Assembly (NCBI GenBank): GCA_041672465.1
Contig: JBAYZO010000004.1
Span: 4,951-68,950, forward strand
Origin: Eubacteriales bacterium
GTDB taxonomy: Bacteria > Bacillota > Clostridia > Oscillospirales > CAG-382
Length of the DNA stretch: 64,000 bases
Reading direction: 5' to 3'
Each line of letters begins with the position of its first letter. The first letter of the stretch is position 1. Of this stretch, positions 9,244 through 18,793 are shown one piece after another. A program made the translations under genes and the position numbers. The notes under the pieces were generated by a model. The model had not been told where the DNA came from, ran no database searches, and saw nothing but the letters and a program-made list of their open reading frames with translations.

Positions 9244-10488
9244 ATGACCTCGCGGCTGTTTCAGCGAAAAAACACAAAGCTTTACAGATATAAATACCTT
9301 GCCTTAGACCAAAGCGAAAAAAAACACAGGGGAGTTTTTTTGTCCGACAACAAACAAAACCTGCGGGAAGACTTAGCGCGAAACAAGCTGTTTCTTGTAA
9401 AGTCAAGAAAAACCAGAGAGAATTCGGTTCTCGGGCTGTTTAATTTTTCCGTAAAGGTAAAACACAAAGAAATAAGTTTGTTTTGCTCCCGGCTTTCCGC
9501 CATGCTAAGCGCGGGGCTGACCATTGATAAGTGCGTTGACCTTTTAAAAGACGAAAGCGGCTCGAAAAAGCTCAAAGCCACTCTTTCCCTTGTCAGCGAA
9601 GACTTAAAATCCGGACTGTTGTTCTCGCAATCAATGGCGAAATATAAAACTGTGTTCCCCGCGCCCCTTGTGAGCATGGCGAGGGTCGGTGAAAACAGCG
9701 GCGGCCTTGACGCGCCGCTTAAAAAAATGGCGGATTTTTACGAGGCAAGCTGTAAAATAAAAACCAAATCAAAAAAAGCGTCTGTTTACCCGCTGGCGCT
9801 GATTTGCTTGTTGGCGGGTGTTTTCGCGATAACATTTTTATATGTCATTCCCGCTTTCAAAAAGTCGCTTGACACTCTTGAAGTCCCGCTCCCCGCCATG
9901 ACGACAGCCGTGCTGAGGTTAGGGAATTTTATTTCATCATACTACTTAGAAACTCTTTTCTGTTTAGCAATTTGCATAGCTATTTTTACCGCCGCATTAA
10001 AGAGCAGGACGGGAAAACAGGTTTTCCACTTTGTTTTGTCATACCTGCCTCTGACAGGGAGGGTTCAGCGTTTCGCGGCGAGCGCCGAACTTTCGGGCGC
10101 GCTTGGAATTTTACTCAGCGGCGGGGTGGATATGGCGCTTGCCCTTGATGAGGCGGAGGGCGTTATAGAAAACACCTTCTTTAAAAAGCGGGTAAGGGAG
10201 GCGTTTCGGCGGGTAAAGGGCGGGGAGAGTCTGTCTTCCGCGCTTGAACATTGCGGAGCTTTTCCTCCGGAGTTCTCCCATATGGTCTCGGTCGGCGAGA
10301 ACACGGGGGAATACGGCAAAACCCTCCTCGGGGCGTCCTTGTATTTTGAAACCCGGCTTCAAAGCGAGCTTAATACGCTGACCCAGCTTATTCAGCCGTC
10401 GCTGCTTGTCATAACGGGAGGGCTTGTGGCGGTCTTGTTTTACGCGATTTATTCCCCTGTGATAGCCCTTATTAATTCATTGGGGTAA
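9244..10488 (+). CDS. pilC: Type II secretion system F family platform protein (PilC/ComGB-like)
   Basis: 414 aa with a duplicated T2SSF domain and three hydrophobic segments. RBS AAGGGGGAAG. Confidence 0.88.
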   Translation: MTSRLFQRKNTKLYRYKYLALDQSEKKHRGVFLSDNKQNLREDLARNKLFLVKSRKTRENSVLGLFNFSVKVKHKEISLFCSRLSAMLSAGLTIDKCVDLLKDESGSKKLKATLSLVSEDLKSGLLFSQSMAKYKTVFPAPLVSMARVGENSGGLDAPLKKMADFYEASCKIKTKSKKASVYPLALICLLAGVFAITFLYVIPAFKKSLDTLEVPLPAMTTAVLRLGNFISSYYLETLFCLAICIAIFTAALKSRTGKQVFHFVLSYLPLTGRVQRFAASAELSGALGILLSGGVDMALALDEAEGVIENTFFKKRVREAFRRVKGGESLSSALEHCGAFPPEFSHMVSVGENTGEYGKTLLGASLYFETRLQSELNTLTQLIQPSLLVITGGLVAVLFYAIYSPVIALINSLG

Positions 10489-10528
10489 AAGGCGCTGAAC
10501 CTCTAAAAAACAAAGGAGGATTTTAACC

Positions 10529-12031
10529 ATGCGGCAAGTCGAAAATGATAATCTTGCAATTGATAAAGCCCTGTTGGGGAAGTTTAATTTAAGGCTTTTA
10601 AAAAAGCATTGCGCGCTCCCAATCTCGCTTGAGTCGGGAAACCTTAAAATCGCGCTTGGCAACCCATATGACTTTGCCGCTTTAACTTTTATTTCATCTT
10701 TCCACACCGGGAAAACGCAAATTATAACCCTGCCGCCCGAAGAAATAAATATGTATTTAAACAAAGAAGAGGCGCTTGGCGAAAATTCGATTTTATCAAA
10801 ACTTTCAAAAAACGCGGAAAATCATTTCTTCCCGGCCGAGCCCTCCCCCGCGGCGGCAATGCTTGACGGAATAATCAAAACCGCTCTCGCGCTTGAGGCG
10901 AGCGACATTCATATCGAGCCTTTGGGCGGCGAAGTCAGGGTGAGATACCGCATTGACGGCGTTCTAACCGAAAAAGCAAGGTTTTCCGAAGAAATTTACC
11001 CCTCAATTTCCGCGAGGCTGAAAATAATTTCGGGAATGAATATTGCCGAAAAACGGCTCCCGCAGGACGGCAGAATCAATGCCGCCGACGCCGGTTTTGA
11101 CAAAAACCTTTTTGATTTCAGGGTTTCCGCCATGCCGACGGTGAACGGCGAAAAGTTCGCGATACGAATCCTTGACAAAACAATGTTTTACAAAAGCCGC
11201 AAGGAGCTTGGGTTTACAAAGCCGGCAAGCGAAATTGCGGACAAAATGATTTCCCGCCCGTATGGGATAATTCTTTTGGCGGGCCCCACCGGCTGCGGAA
11301 AAACCACCACGCTTTACAACTTTTTAAAGGAAGTTAATAAGCCGGGGGTGAATATCGTTACGGTGGAAGACCCGGTCGAGTATTTGGTGCCGGGAATAAA
11401 CCAAATCCAAGTCAACGCGAAGACAAACCTTAACTTCGCCAACACGCTCAGGAGCGTTATCCGGCAGGACCCGGATATTATTATGATAGGCGAGATAAGA
11501 GACGAGGAAACCGCGAAGATAGCCATCCGCGCTGCTATAATGGGGCGTTTGGTGTTTTCGACAATCCACACAAACGATGCGCCGGGCGCGTGGGCAAGGC
11601 TTGCGGATATGGGGGTTTTAAATTATCTCCTCGCGGAATCCCTTATCGGGGTAATCTCCCAGCGGCTTGTAAAAAAACTTTGCCCGAACTGCAAAACAAA
11701 GCACAGGGCGACAAGCGCGGAGCTGGCTGTTCTCGGGGAAAGCTCCCCCGCTTATGTCTGGCGGCCCAACGGCTGCGTTTCTTGCGGAAACAGCGGGTAT
11801 AAAGGCAGGGTCGCCGTTTATGAAATAATGCAAATAAACGATAAAATCCGCGAGGCGATGATGAGTTTTACTTCTTCCCCGCCGCACGGCGCCGCCCCCG
11901 CCGTTACCGCGGAAAAACTAAGGGAAACAGCAAAAGAAAACGGTATGACCCCGCTTTGGGAGGTCTGTAAAAGCTATGTAATCGGCGGTATAACCAGCCC
12001 GAGCGAGCTTATGGCGCTGTATATGGAATAA
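10529..12031 (+). CDS. pilB: GspE/PilB-family pilus assembly ATPase
   Basis: 500 aa with an N-terminal T2SSE_N-like domain, Walker A GPTGCGKTTT, IIMIGEIRD and the tetracysteine CPNC...CVSC. RBS AAGGAGG. Confidence 0.92.
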   Translation: MRQVENDNLAIDKALLGKFNLRLLKKHCALPISLESGNLKIALGNPYDFAALTFISSFHTGKTQIITLPPEEINMYLNKEEALGENSILSKLSKNAENHFFPAEPSPAAAMLDGIIKTALALEASDIHIEPLGGEVRVRYRIDGVLTEKARFSEEIYPSISARLKIISGMNIAEKRLPQDGRINAADAGFDKNLFDFRVSAMPTVNGEKFAIRILDKTMFYKSRKELGFTKPASEIADKMISRPYGIILLAGPTGCGKTTTLYNFLKEVNKPGVNIVTVEDPVEYLVPGINQIQVNAKTNLNFANTLRSVIRQDPDIIMIGEIRDEETAKIAIRAAIMGRLVFSTIHTNDAPGAWARLADMGVLNYLLAESLIGVISQRLVKKLCPNCKTKHRATSAELAVLGESSPAYVWRPNGCVSCGNSGYKGRVAVYEIMQINDKIREAMMSFTSSPPHGAAPAVTAEKLRETAKENGMTPLWEVCKSYVIGGITSPSELMALYME

Positions 12032-12164
12032 AAATTTTTAAACAATAAAAGAAGCAAAACAAGGATTAGCCCTTATCATTGTTTGTCAATTTATGAATAT
12101 TTTTGAGCATAAAGGCAAAGAATAATTTGCGCGAAGAAATATTTGTAATGTGGAGTGAAAATAT

Positions 12165-12707
12165 ATGAGAGCTACGGGAATAGTTAGAAGAATAGATGAT
12201 TTGGGCCGGGTGGTCATACCAAAAGAGATTCGCCGCACAATGCGGATAAGAGAGGGAGAGCCGCTTGAAATATTCACCGATAAGGACGGCGAGGTCATAT
12301 TTAAAAAATATTCGCCTTTGGGGGAAATATCATCATTTTCCGCCAAATACGCCGAAGCCCTGAACAAAGCGGCGGGCATACCCGTCGCTATTTGCGACCG
12401 CGATTCCGTCGTCGCCGTCGCCGGGGTGAGCAGTTCCAACAAAGAATACCTTGAAAAGCCGATTTCCATTTCCGTCTCGTCGGTTTTGGAAAAAAGACAG
12501 CCCTTTACGGCGACCGAGGCGGGTTCGGGGATAGAACTGACCGACGCCGGGCTGGGGAGAGTTTCCTACCTTGCCCCCATAATTTCAGACGGCGATATTA
12601 TCGGCGGGGTCATGCTGCTGGCGCGGGAGGGTTATACCCCCGACGAATCCGAACAAAAAATGATAAACACGGGCGCGTTATTTTTATCAAAACAGCTTGA
12701 AATGTAA
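12165..12707 (+). CDS. spoVT: Stage V sporulation protein T (AbrB-family regulator)
   Basis: 180 aa with an N-terminal SpoVT-AbrB domain (RRIDDLGRVVIPKEIRRTMRIREGEPLEIF) and a C-terminal GAF-like half. Confidence 0.9.
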   Translation: MRATGIVRRIDDLGRVVIPKEIRRTMRIREGEPLEIFTDKDGEVIFKKYSPLGEISSFSAKYAEALNKAAGIPVAICDRDSVVAVAGVSSSNKEYLEKPISISVSSVLEKRQPFTATEAGSGIELTDAGLGRVSYLAPIISDGDIIGGVMLLAREGYTPDESEQKMINTGALFLSKQLEM

Positions 12708-12735
12708 ACCTTTTGCTATAATTAAAAAAGATTTG

Positions 12736-12770
12736 GGGCTGTCGGCAACGGCAGTCCTTAAACTTTTTTT
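12736..12770 (+). terminator. Putative intrinsic terminator after spoVT
   Basis: An imperfect stem GGGCTGTCG / CGGCAGTCC with a GCAA loop, followed after 6 nt by a T7 run. Confidence 0.4.
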
Positions 12771-12799
12771 AGCCGTTTATATGTTTTGGGTTTTTTTGC

Positions 12800-12828
12800 T
12801 TGCGCAAAGCGGTTTTTTATGCTACAAT
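12800..12828 (+). promoter_or_regulatory. Sigma-A type promoter of the GH20 gene
   Basis: TTGCGC, 17 nt, TACAAT, with TGC directly upstream of the -10 (extended -10). Confidence 0.45.
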
Positions 12829-12941
12829 CAAAATTGGAAATATAAAAACAAAACAGGTTTTTTAGGTTAGATTAAACGAGCGAATAGACTAAAACAATTC
12901 GTTTACCGTTAAAATCAATAAAAAAAGGAGTGACCGTTAAA

Positions 12942-15656
12942 GTGAAAAAATTGCTATCAGCCGTTTTGGGCGCGCTGCTTTTGTTCGCCTGCGCGCTTCC
13001 CTTTAATTTTTTTAAAATCGCGGCGCAGGAAAACGCTCCTCCGAGGGTTATCCCCGCCGTAAGAGAGTGGGAGGGCGGCGAGGGGGTGTTTATCCCAAAG
13101 GCCGGCCTTAAGTTAGTTTTGGATTCGGACGAGCTCCTGAGCGCCGCCCAAAAACAAATAATCAGGGAATATTTTATTGACATACTCGGCTTTGATATTG
13201 AAATTACCTCAAGCGTTCCGCCGTCCGACGGGGACTATTATTTAACGCCCGCAAACGACACATCTCTGGGTGAGGAGGGCTATATAATAGACGCGGGGGA
13301 AAAAATAACCATAAGCGCGGACGGGGGAATCGGGTTTTTGTACGGGATCATAACCACCCTCCAGTCTTATTACGCCGACGGCTATATGCCAAAGGGAAAA
13401 GTCCGCGACTGGCCGATGTATGGGGTTCGCTCGGGGATGATAGACGTCGCGCGGGCGTATATCCCGCTTGACTATGTGGAGGAAATAACAAAATACTTCG
13501 CTTGGTTCAAGCTGAATGAGATCCACCTTCACATAAACGACAACGGCGCTAACGGGTACAATATATTCCGGCTTGAAAGCGACGTGCCTAACCTGACCGC
13601 AAAAGACGGCTATTACACAAAAGACGAGTACCGCGACTATCAAAAGCGAATGGTCGAGTACGGGGTAAGCGTTATAACCGAAATAGACACCCCCGCGCAC
13701 TCGCGCTGTTTCGCCGATGTTGTCCCCGAATATATGCTTCCCGACATGTCGCATATCGATATTTCAAACCCCGACGCCGTTCAATTTGTGCTTGACCTTT
13801 TTGACGAGTATATAACGGGCGACGACCCGGTTTTTGTATCGAAAAAAGTTCATTTCGGCACCGATGAGTACCCCGCCGGTCATAACGAGGAAATGCGCGC
13901 CTACACCGACACCCTTATAAAGCATATTCGGGAAAAAGGCTATACCCCCCGCTTTTGGGGGAGCTTCGGCGGCGGAGGGTTCAACGGCACCACCCCCGTT
14001 TCGGGGGACGCCGAGGTAAACTTTTGGGCGGATTCGCTGTCTGACTACAAAACGCTGTTTTCCATGGGCTATGACATAATAAACTCCTGCAGCCATAAGC
14101 TTTACTGCGTGCCGGGGGGGAACTATGGGTTCCCCGACTATATAGACTTAAAATCCCTCTACAAGTCTTGGTTTATAAACTACATGGGCTACGGCGCGTC
14201 CACGGCGGTGGAGTACGACAACCCCCAGCTAAAGGGAGCGTCGTTTTGCCTTTGGAACGACAGGCACACCGAATGGGGCGGGTTTACCATGTTTGACATT
14301 TTTGACAGGGTGAGATACCTCGTGGCGTATGTTTCTGAAAAAACTTGGGACGGGGAACAGACCCGCTCCATGGACGCCGACGATTTTGTGGAACGCTTTA
14401 ACATTTTGTCGCCGAGGGCGGGGAACACAAACCCCGGAAGAACGGCGGAGCTCCCCCTTGACTTGGATGACGTCGGCAAAGTTAAATCGGTGGGGTTCCC
14501 TTATATTTTCTCGGCCGATATAGTCGTAAACAGTTATACCGACGCGAATATTTTGTCGGGGGAAGACGGGCGGCTGTTTATCAACGCCGCGGGGAAACCC
14601 TCTTTTTCAAGAGAGACCTACACCTTTAATTTTAACTATGTTATTCCCAAAAACACAAAGGTTAACCTTAAGCTTTACGCCGACAACAAGAGAACATATC
14701 TGATTGTCAACGACACCTATTACTATGACGCGATCAACCTTAAAAACCCCGCGCTCATTGACTCGTCCACGTTTGTACTCCCGTTTGAGTTCGCGGGGGG
14801 AAACGGCTTGGAGGTAAAAAGCCTTTCGGTCTACAAACCCGATTTTAACCTCAACGACAAAAAACTGAACGCCAACCTCGCCTTGTTCAAAGACGTGAGC
14901 GTTTCGGGGCTGGAAATCGACTACGGGCTTAACGAACCGCTCGCCGTCGACGGCAACATTGACACCAGACTGTCGTTTGCCCGGGACAAAGACATCCAGT
15001 GGATGGTTGTCGATTTAGGGTCGGAGCATGAGATTAACAAAGTTGTCATTGAGTTCCACGAGCGGGTGAGCGATTATGAAATTTATGTCTCGTCCGACGG
15101 CAACGAATATGTTAAGGTTTACGAGATCGCGGCCCTCCCCGACGGGGTAAAAGCAACCGATGAAATTGAAATTGAGCCCGTCACCTGCAGATATGTTAAA
15201 TATGTTCAGCTTAAGCGGTGGTATTGTTCGCCATATTCCACTTATTACAGCGGCGGGATATACGAATTTGAAGTTTATGGCACGGATATGGAAAAGTACG
15301 CGGCTCTTGTGGATATCGGGCTTGACCTTGCCGAGGGCGGCGGGTCGGAGACTTCCGACATTAAGAGAAAAGCGTCGGAGCTGAACAGATATTTAAAATC
15401 CGAATCGATCTACAAGACCCACATAGACGCGCTTTATAACAGTCTTGCGCAAGCCATTTATAATTATGAAAACCCCCCGGCAGAAGTTTCCTCCCCCTCC
15501 GAAACAAGCGAGGTTTCCCAGACATCTTCCCCAATCTGGGGGGAGAGAGACGGCCTGACGACTGTCTTCCTTTGGATAGCGGCCGGTGTGCTGGCGGCGC
15601 TCATAGCGTTTGCTGTTTTCGCCCTGTTTAAAAATAAAATCGCTCCGCGGAGCTGA
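12942..15656 (+). CDS. Glycoside hydrolase family 20 beta-N-acetylhexosaminidase with F5/8 type C (discoidin) domain and C-terminal membrane anchor
   Basis: GH20 signatures EIHLHINDNG and VHFGTDEY. The discoidin-like region is AVDGNIDTRLSF...QWMVVDLG...YEIYVSSDG. The N-terminal signal is VKKLLSAVLGALLLFAC and the C-terminal TM is VFLWIAAGVLAALIAFAVFALF. I prefer the GTG at 12942, 11 nt after AAGGAG. Confidence 0.85.
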   Translation: MKKLLSAVLGALLLFACALPFNFFKIAAQENAPPRVIPAVREWEGGEGVFIPKAGLKLVLDSDELLSAAQKQIIREYFIDILGFDIEITSSVPPSDGDYYLTPANDTSLGEEGYIIDAGEKITISADGGIGFLYGIITTLQSYYADGYMPKGKVRDWPMYGVRSGMIDVARAYIPLDYVEEITKYFAWFKLNEIHLHINDNGANGYNIFRLESDVPNLTAKDGYYTKDEYRDYQKRMVEYGVSVITEIDTPAHSRCFADVVPEYMLPDMSHIDISNPDAVQFVLDLFDEYITGDDPVFVSKKVHFGTDEYPAGHNEEMRAYTDTLIKHIREKGYTPRFWGSFGGGGFNGTTPVSGDAEVNFWADSLSDYKTLFSMGYDIINSCSHKLYCVPGGNYGFPDYIDLKSLYKSWFINYMGYGASTAVEYDNPQLKGASFCLWNDRHTEWGGFTMFDIFDRVRYLVAYVSEKTWDGEQTRSMDADDFVERFNILSPRAGNTNPGRTAELPLDLDDVGKVKSVGFPYIFSADIVVNSYTDANILSGEDGRLFINAAGKPSFSRETYTFNFNYVIPKNTKVNLKLYADNKRTYLIVNDTYYYDAINLKNPALIDSSTFVLPFEFAGGNGLEVKSLSVYKPDFNLNDKKLNANLALFKDVSVSGLEIDYGLNEPLAVDGNIDTRLSFARDKDIQWMVVDLGSEHEINKVVIEFHERVSDYEIYVSSDGNEYVKVYEIAALPDGVKATDEIEIEPVTCRYVKYVQLKRWYCSPYSTYYSGGIYEFEVYGTDMEKYAALVDIGLDLAEGGGSETSDIKRKASELNRYLKSESIYKTHIDALYNSLAQAIYNYENPPAEVSSPSETSEVSQTSSPIWGERDGLTTVFLWIAAGVLAALIAFAVFALFKNKIAPRS

Positions 15657-15692
15657 GGACGGCAAAGCTTTTAATTCCCAATAAATATACGC

Positions 15693-15730
15693 AAAAATAC
15701 CGCCCGGGTTTTCCCCGGGCGGCGCTTTTA
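15693..15730. terminator. Bidirectional intrinsic terminator between convergent genes
   Basis: A perfect 9-bp stem CCGCCCGGG / CCCGGGCGG with a 5-nt loop, flanked by an A-run upstream and a T-run downstream. Confidence 0.7.
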
Positions 15731-15741
15731 TGGGACGCGTA

Positions 15742-18183
15742 TTATATAAACAGGTTTACATTAGACTCCTCGGCCTCCCCAAGGAAAGTGCCTACCCCGG
15801 CGAAATCAACGCCGTCAATGAGTTCTTCTTTTTTAATTCCCATAACGTCCATGCTCATGGTGCAGGCAATAATTTTAACGCCGTTTTTAAGGGCTTTTTC
15901 AATAAGCGAATCAAGCGAATCAACGTTTTTGTCTCTCATGATTTTTTTCATCATCGCCGTTCCCATCCCGCCCATGTTCATTTTGGAAAGCTTAAGCCGC
16001 CCGCTCCCCCTTGGGAGCATAAAGCCAAAGGCTTTTTCCATAAATGTTTTTTTGACCTTTTGTCTCTTTGTCTTTCTAAGCACGGTGAGCCCCCAGAAGG
16101 TAAAGAACATGGTGACTTTTCTCCCCATGGCGGCGCCGCCGTTTGCAATGATAAAGCTTGCGATAACCTTGTCGAGATCCCCCGAGAAAACTATAATTGT
16201 CTTTCCGTCGCCGCCGGCGCGCCCTGAAATCTGCTCGCCGCTGCCTTTTTTAATAACGGCGGTATAGTTTTTTCCGTCCTGCCCTTTTGAAACAAGCGTG
16301 TTCCCCGTGCGCCTGCACCACACCTCCGCGTCCCGCACAAAGCCGGGGTCGGAGGCGGTGACCTCAAGGGTTTCTCCGTCTTTCATTGACTGTATGGTTT
16401 CAAACACCCTCATAATCGGCCCGGGGCATTGAAGTCCGCTGCAGTCAAGGGTTATTGACTTTCCTCTCGATTTTTCGGGGGGGAGCGTTTTTTCAAAGCC
16501 TGCATCCCCGTGGGTTATATAATCTTTGTAATGGGTCGCTTTATAAAAACGGCTGCCGCCCGGGTATACAAACACTTTCTCAAAGCCGTGCTGAGACAAT
16601 ATCCTCGCCGCGTTGTATGCTCTGACGCCGATAGCGCAAAAAACTATTACACGCTTGTTTTTGTCGAGTTCGTCCAAACGGTCCCTTAGCTCCCCAAGCG
16701 GTATCACCGTCGCCCCGGGGTAGGAAAAAGCCATTGTCTCAACATATTCGCGGACATCGAGCAAAAGCGCGCCGGGGTTTTTTTCGGCCTCGTCCCAGTC
16801 GGCGAACTTAACCTTGCCGTCAAGCAGGTTTTCGGCGACATATCCCGCCATGTTAACCGGGTCTTTCGCGGACGAGTAAGGCGGCGCGTAAGCGAATTCA
16901 AGCTCGGTAAGCGCGCTCACCCCCGCGCCAAGCCGGATAGCCTCGCCGAGAGTGTCAATCCGCTTGTCAACCCCCTCCGAACCCACAATCTGAGCCCCAA
17001 AGATTTTTTTGCCGTCGGCGGAAAATAAAAGTTTTATCGTCATGGGGAACGCGCCGGGATAATACCCCGCGTGGGAGTTTTGAACTATTATCACCCGCTC
17101 GTAGTCCTTCCCCTTGACCATGCCGCGCTTTATAAGGGTTTTTTCGTTCGCGCCGGTTGAGGCGGCGGTGAGGTCGAACACCTTAGCTACCGAAGATCCC
17201 TGCGAACCGGCATAGGTTTTATCCCCGCCCGCAATGTTGTCGGCGGCTATCCTCCCCTGCTTATTCGCCGGTCCGGCAAGGGGAATCATTGTTTTGCCGC
17301 CGAAAATAAAGTCGTTTACCTCGATCACGTCGCCCACGGCATAGATGTCTTTGTCAGACGTTTGCATATGGTCGTCGACTTTAACCCCGCCGCGGGGGTT
17401 AACCTCAAGGCCGGCGGCTTTCGCTAACTCGCCGTTTGGTTTCACCCCGACGGCTAAAATAACAAGCTCGGCGCTCACAGTACCGCCGCTTTGAAGTTTT
17501 ATCTCCACTTCGTTCTCTTTATCGGAAAACATGCTGACCCCGTCGCCAAGGCAGAGCTTAACGCCGTTTTCAACAAGAGCCTGATGAAGTATCTGCGCCA
17601 TTTCAAAGTCAAGCGGCGCCATGACTTGGCCGAGCATTTCAATTAGGGTGACTTTTATCCCGGCGTGGCTTAGGTTTTCGGCCATTTCAAGCCCGATAAA
17701 CCCTCCCCCCACCACGGCCGCGGTTTTAACATTGTTTTCTTTAATAAAAGAAATAATCAAATCCGTATCCGGGACGGTCCATATGGTCTTAACCCGCGGC
17801 AGGTCTGCGCCGGGGATATTCGGCCTTATGGGGGAAGAACCGGTGGCAATTACAAGTTTGTCGTATGTTTCCTCATAGGTTTCGCCGACGGGGGAGTTAA
17901 GATTTTTAACCGTAACCGTTTTTTTGCCGCGGTTGATGGCGATAACTTCGTTTTTCACTTTGACGGTGACGTTAAATTTGGCTTTCATCTCCGCCGGGGT
18001 TTGGAGCAGCAGGGCTCTCCTGTCCTTTATAACCCCGCTCACATGATAGGGCAGGCCGCAGTTCGCGTATGAGATATACTCGCCGCGCTCAAGCACGACG
18101 ATTTCCGCGCTTTCATCTACTCTGCGAAGCCTTGCCGCGCAGGTCGCTCCGCCCGCGACGCCGCCGATTATAACAGTTTTCAT
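15742..18183 (-). CDS. CoA-disulfide/persulfide reductase fused to rhodanese, TusA-like and DsrE-like domains
   Basis: 813 aa containing an FAD motif IIGGVAGG, a single redox Cys in SYANCGLPY (Cys42), a rhodanese loop VFCAIGVR, the TusA/SirA motif LDCSGLQCPGPIM, and a C-terminal DsrE/YrkE-like domain (IIVFSGDLDK...IIACTMSMDVMG). Confidence 0.85.
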   Translation of the reverse strand: MKTVIIGGVAGGATCAARLRRVDESAEIVVLERGEYISYANCGLPYHVSGVIKDRRALLLQTPAEMKAKFNVTVKVKNEVIAINRGKKTVTVKNLNSPVGETYEETYDKLVIATGSSPIRPNIPGADLPRVKTIWTVPDTDLIISFIKENNVKTAAVVGGGFIGLEMAENLSHAGIKVTLIEMLGQVMAPLDFEMAQILHQALVENGVKLCLGDGVSMFSDKENEVEIKLQSGGTVSAELVILAVGVKPNGELAKAAGLEVNPRGGVKVDDHMQTSDKDIYAVGDVIEVNDFIFGGKTMIPLAGPANKQGRIAADNIAGGDKTYAGSQGSSVAKVFDLTAASTGANEKTLIKRGMVKGKDYERVIIVQNSHAGYYPGAFPMTIKLLFSADGKKIFGAQIVGSEGVDKRIDTLGEAIRLGAGVSALTELEFAYAPPYSSAKDPVNMAGYVAENLLDGKVKFADWDEAEKNPGALLLDVREYVETMAFSYPGATVIPLGELRDRLDELDKNKRVIVFCAIGVRAYNAARILSQHGFEKVFVYPGGSRFYKATHYKDYITHGDAGFEKTLPPEKSRGKSITLDCSGLQCPGPIMRVFETIQSMKDGETLEVTASDPGFVRDAEVWCRRTGNTLVSKGQDGKNYTAVIKKGSGEQISGRAGGDGKTIIVFSGDLDKVIASFIIANGGAAMGRKVTMFFTFWGLTVLRKTKRQKVKKTFMEKAFGFMLPRGSGRLKLSKMNMGGMGTAMMKKIMRDKNVDSLDSLIEKALKNGVKIIACTMSMDVMGIKKEELIDGVDFAGVGTFLGEAEESNVNLFI

Positions 18184-18208
18184 CCTGAAGGTTTTCCGTC
18201 CTTTCTTT

Positions 18209-18224
18209 TTCCGCGAGCGCGGAA
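18209..18224. promoter_or_regulatory. 16-bp palindrome TTCCGCG-AG-CGCGGAA upstream of the reductase gene
   Basis: Perfect 7-bp arms, 26 bp upstream of the ATG at 18183. The 5-N6-5 geometry (TTCCG N6 CGGAA) is typical of Crp/Fnr-family sites. It could equally be an mRNA hairpin. Confidence 0.3.
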
Positions 18225-18387
18225 GACAAATTAAGGGTTAATAAATATAAAATTTTAAACGCGGTTATGTTCGGGCTGCGCGGGGAAACACAAAGCAAGC
18301 CGGCGCTTTAATAAAGCTTCCGCCTTGCTTTTCATAAGCCGATTTTCGGCCATGGGAACAATAAAAAGTTTATAAATATGTTTTGGT

Positions 18388-18693
18388 TTAAAGCATTTGC
18401 TCAACTTGGGCTTTTTGTTTGTAACCGACCGATACGTTTTTAATTTTTCCATCCTCAACTAAAACCAGCATTGGGATCGAAGACACGTGAAAAGCCTGCG
18501 CCAACTCGCGCTCTTCATCGATATTTATTTTACCGACAACTATTTCCGGGTGAGATTCGGCAAGCTCCTCCAGCACGGGCGCCATCATTTTGCAGGGACC
18601 GCACCAAGTTGCCCAAAGGTCAAGCAACACGGGCTTTTCGGATTCCAGCACCTTTTCCTTAAAATTAGACTTGTTAATTGTTAAAACGGACAT
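18388..18693 (-). CDS. trxA: Thioredoxin
   Basis: 101 aa with the WCGPC active site and RBS AAGGAGG. Confidence 0.92.
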   Translation of the reverse strand: MSVLTINKSNFKEKVLESEKPVLLDLWATWCGPCKMMAPVLEELAESHPEIVVGKINIDEERELAQAFHVSSIPMLVLVEDGKIKNVSVGYKQKAQVEQML

Positions 18694-18793
18694 TTTGCAG
18701 CCTCCTTATGTTTCTACTCATAGGATATCACAAAATTAAAATTTCTTCCGTGACTTTGCTACAAAAATTATTTTCCTTAACAAGTTTTGGGTT

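Noticed and set aside
15730-16267. 165-aa and 159-aa plus-strand ORFs at the 3' end of the reductase fusion gene
   Set aside because: They are antisense to the well-supported DsrE-like domain coding region. They have no RBS, and the upstream bidirectional terminator would block entry.
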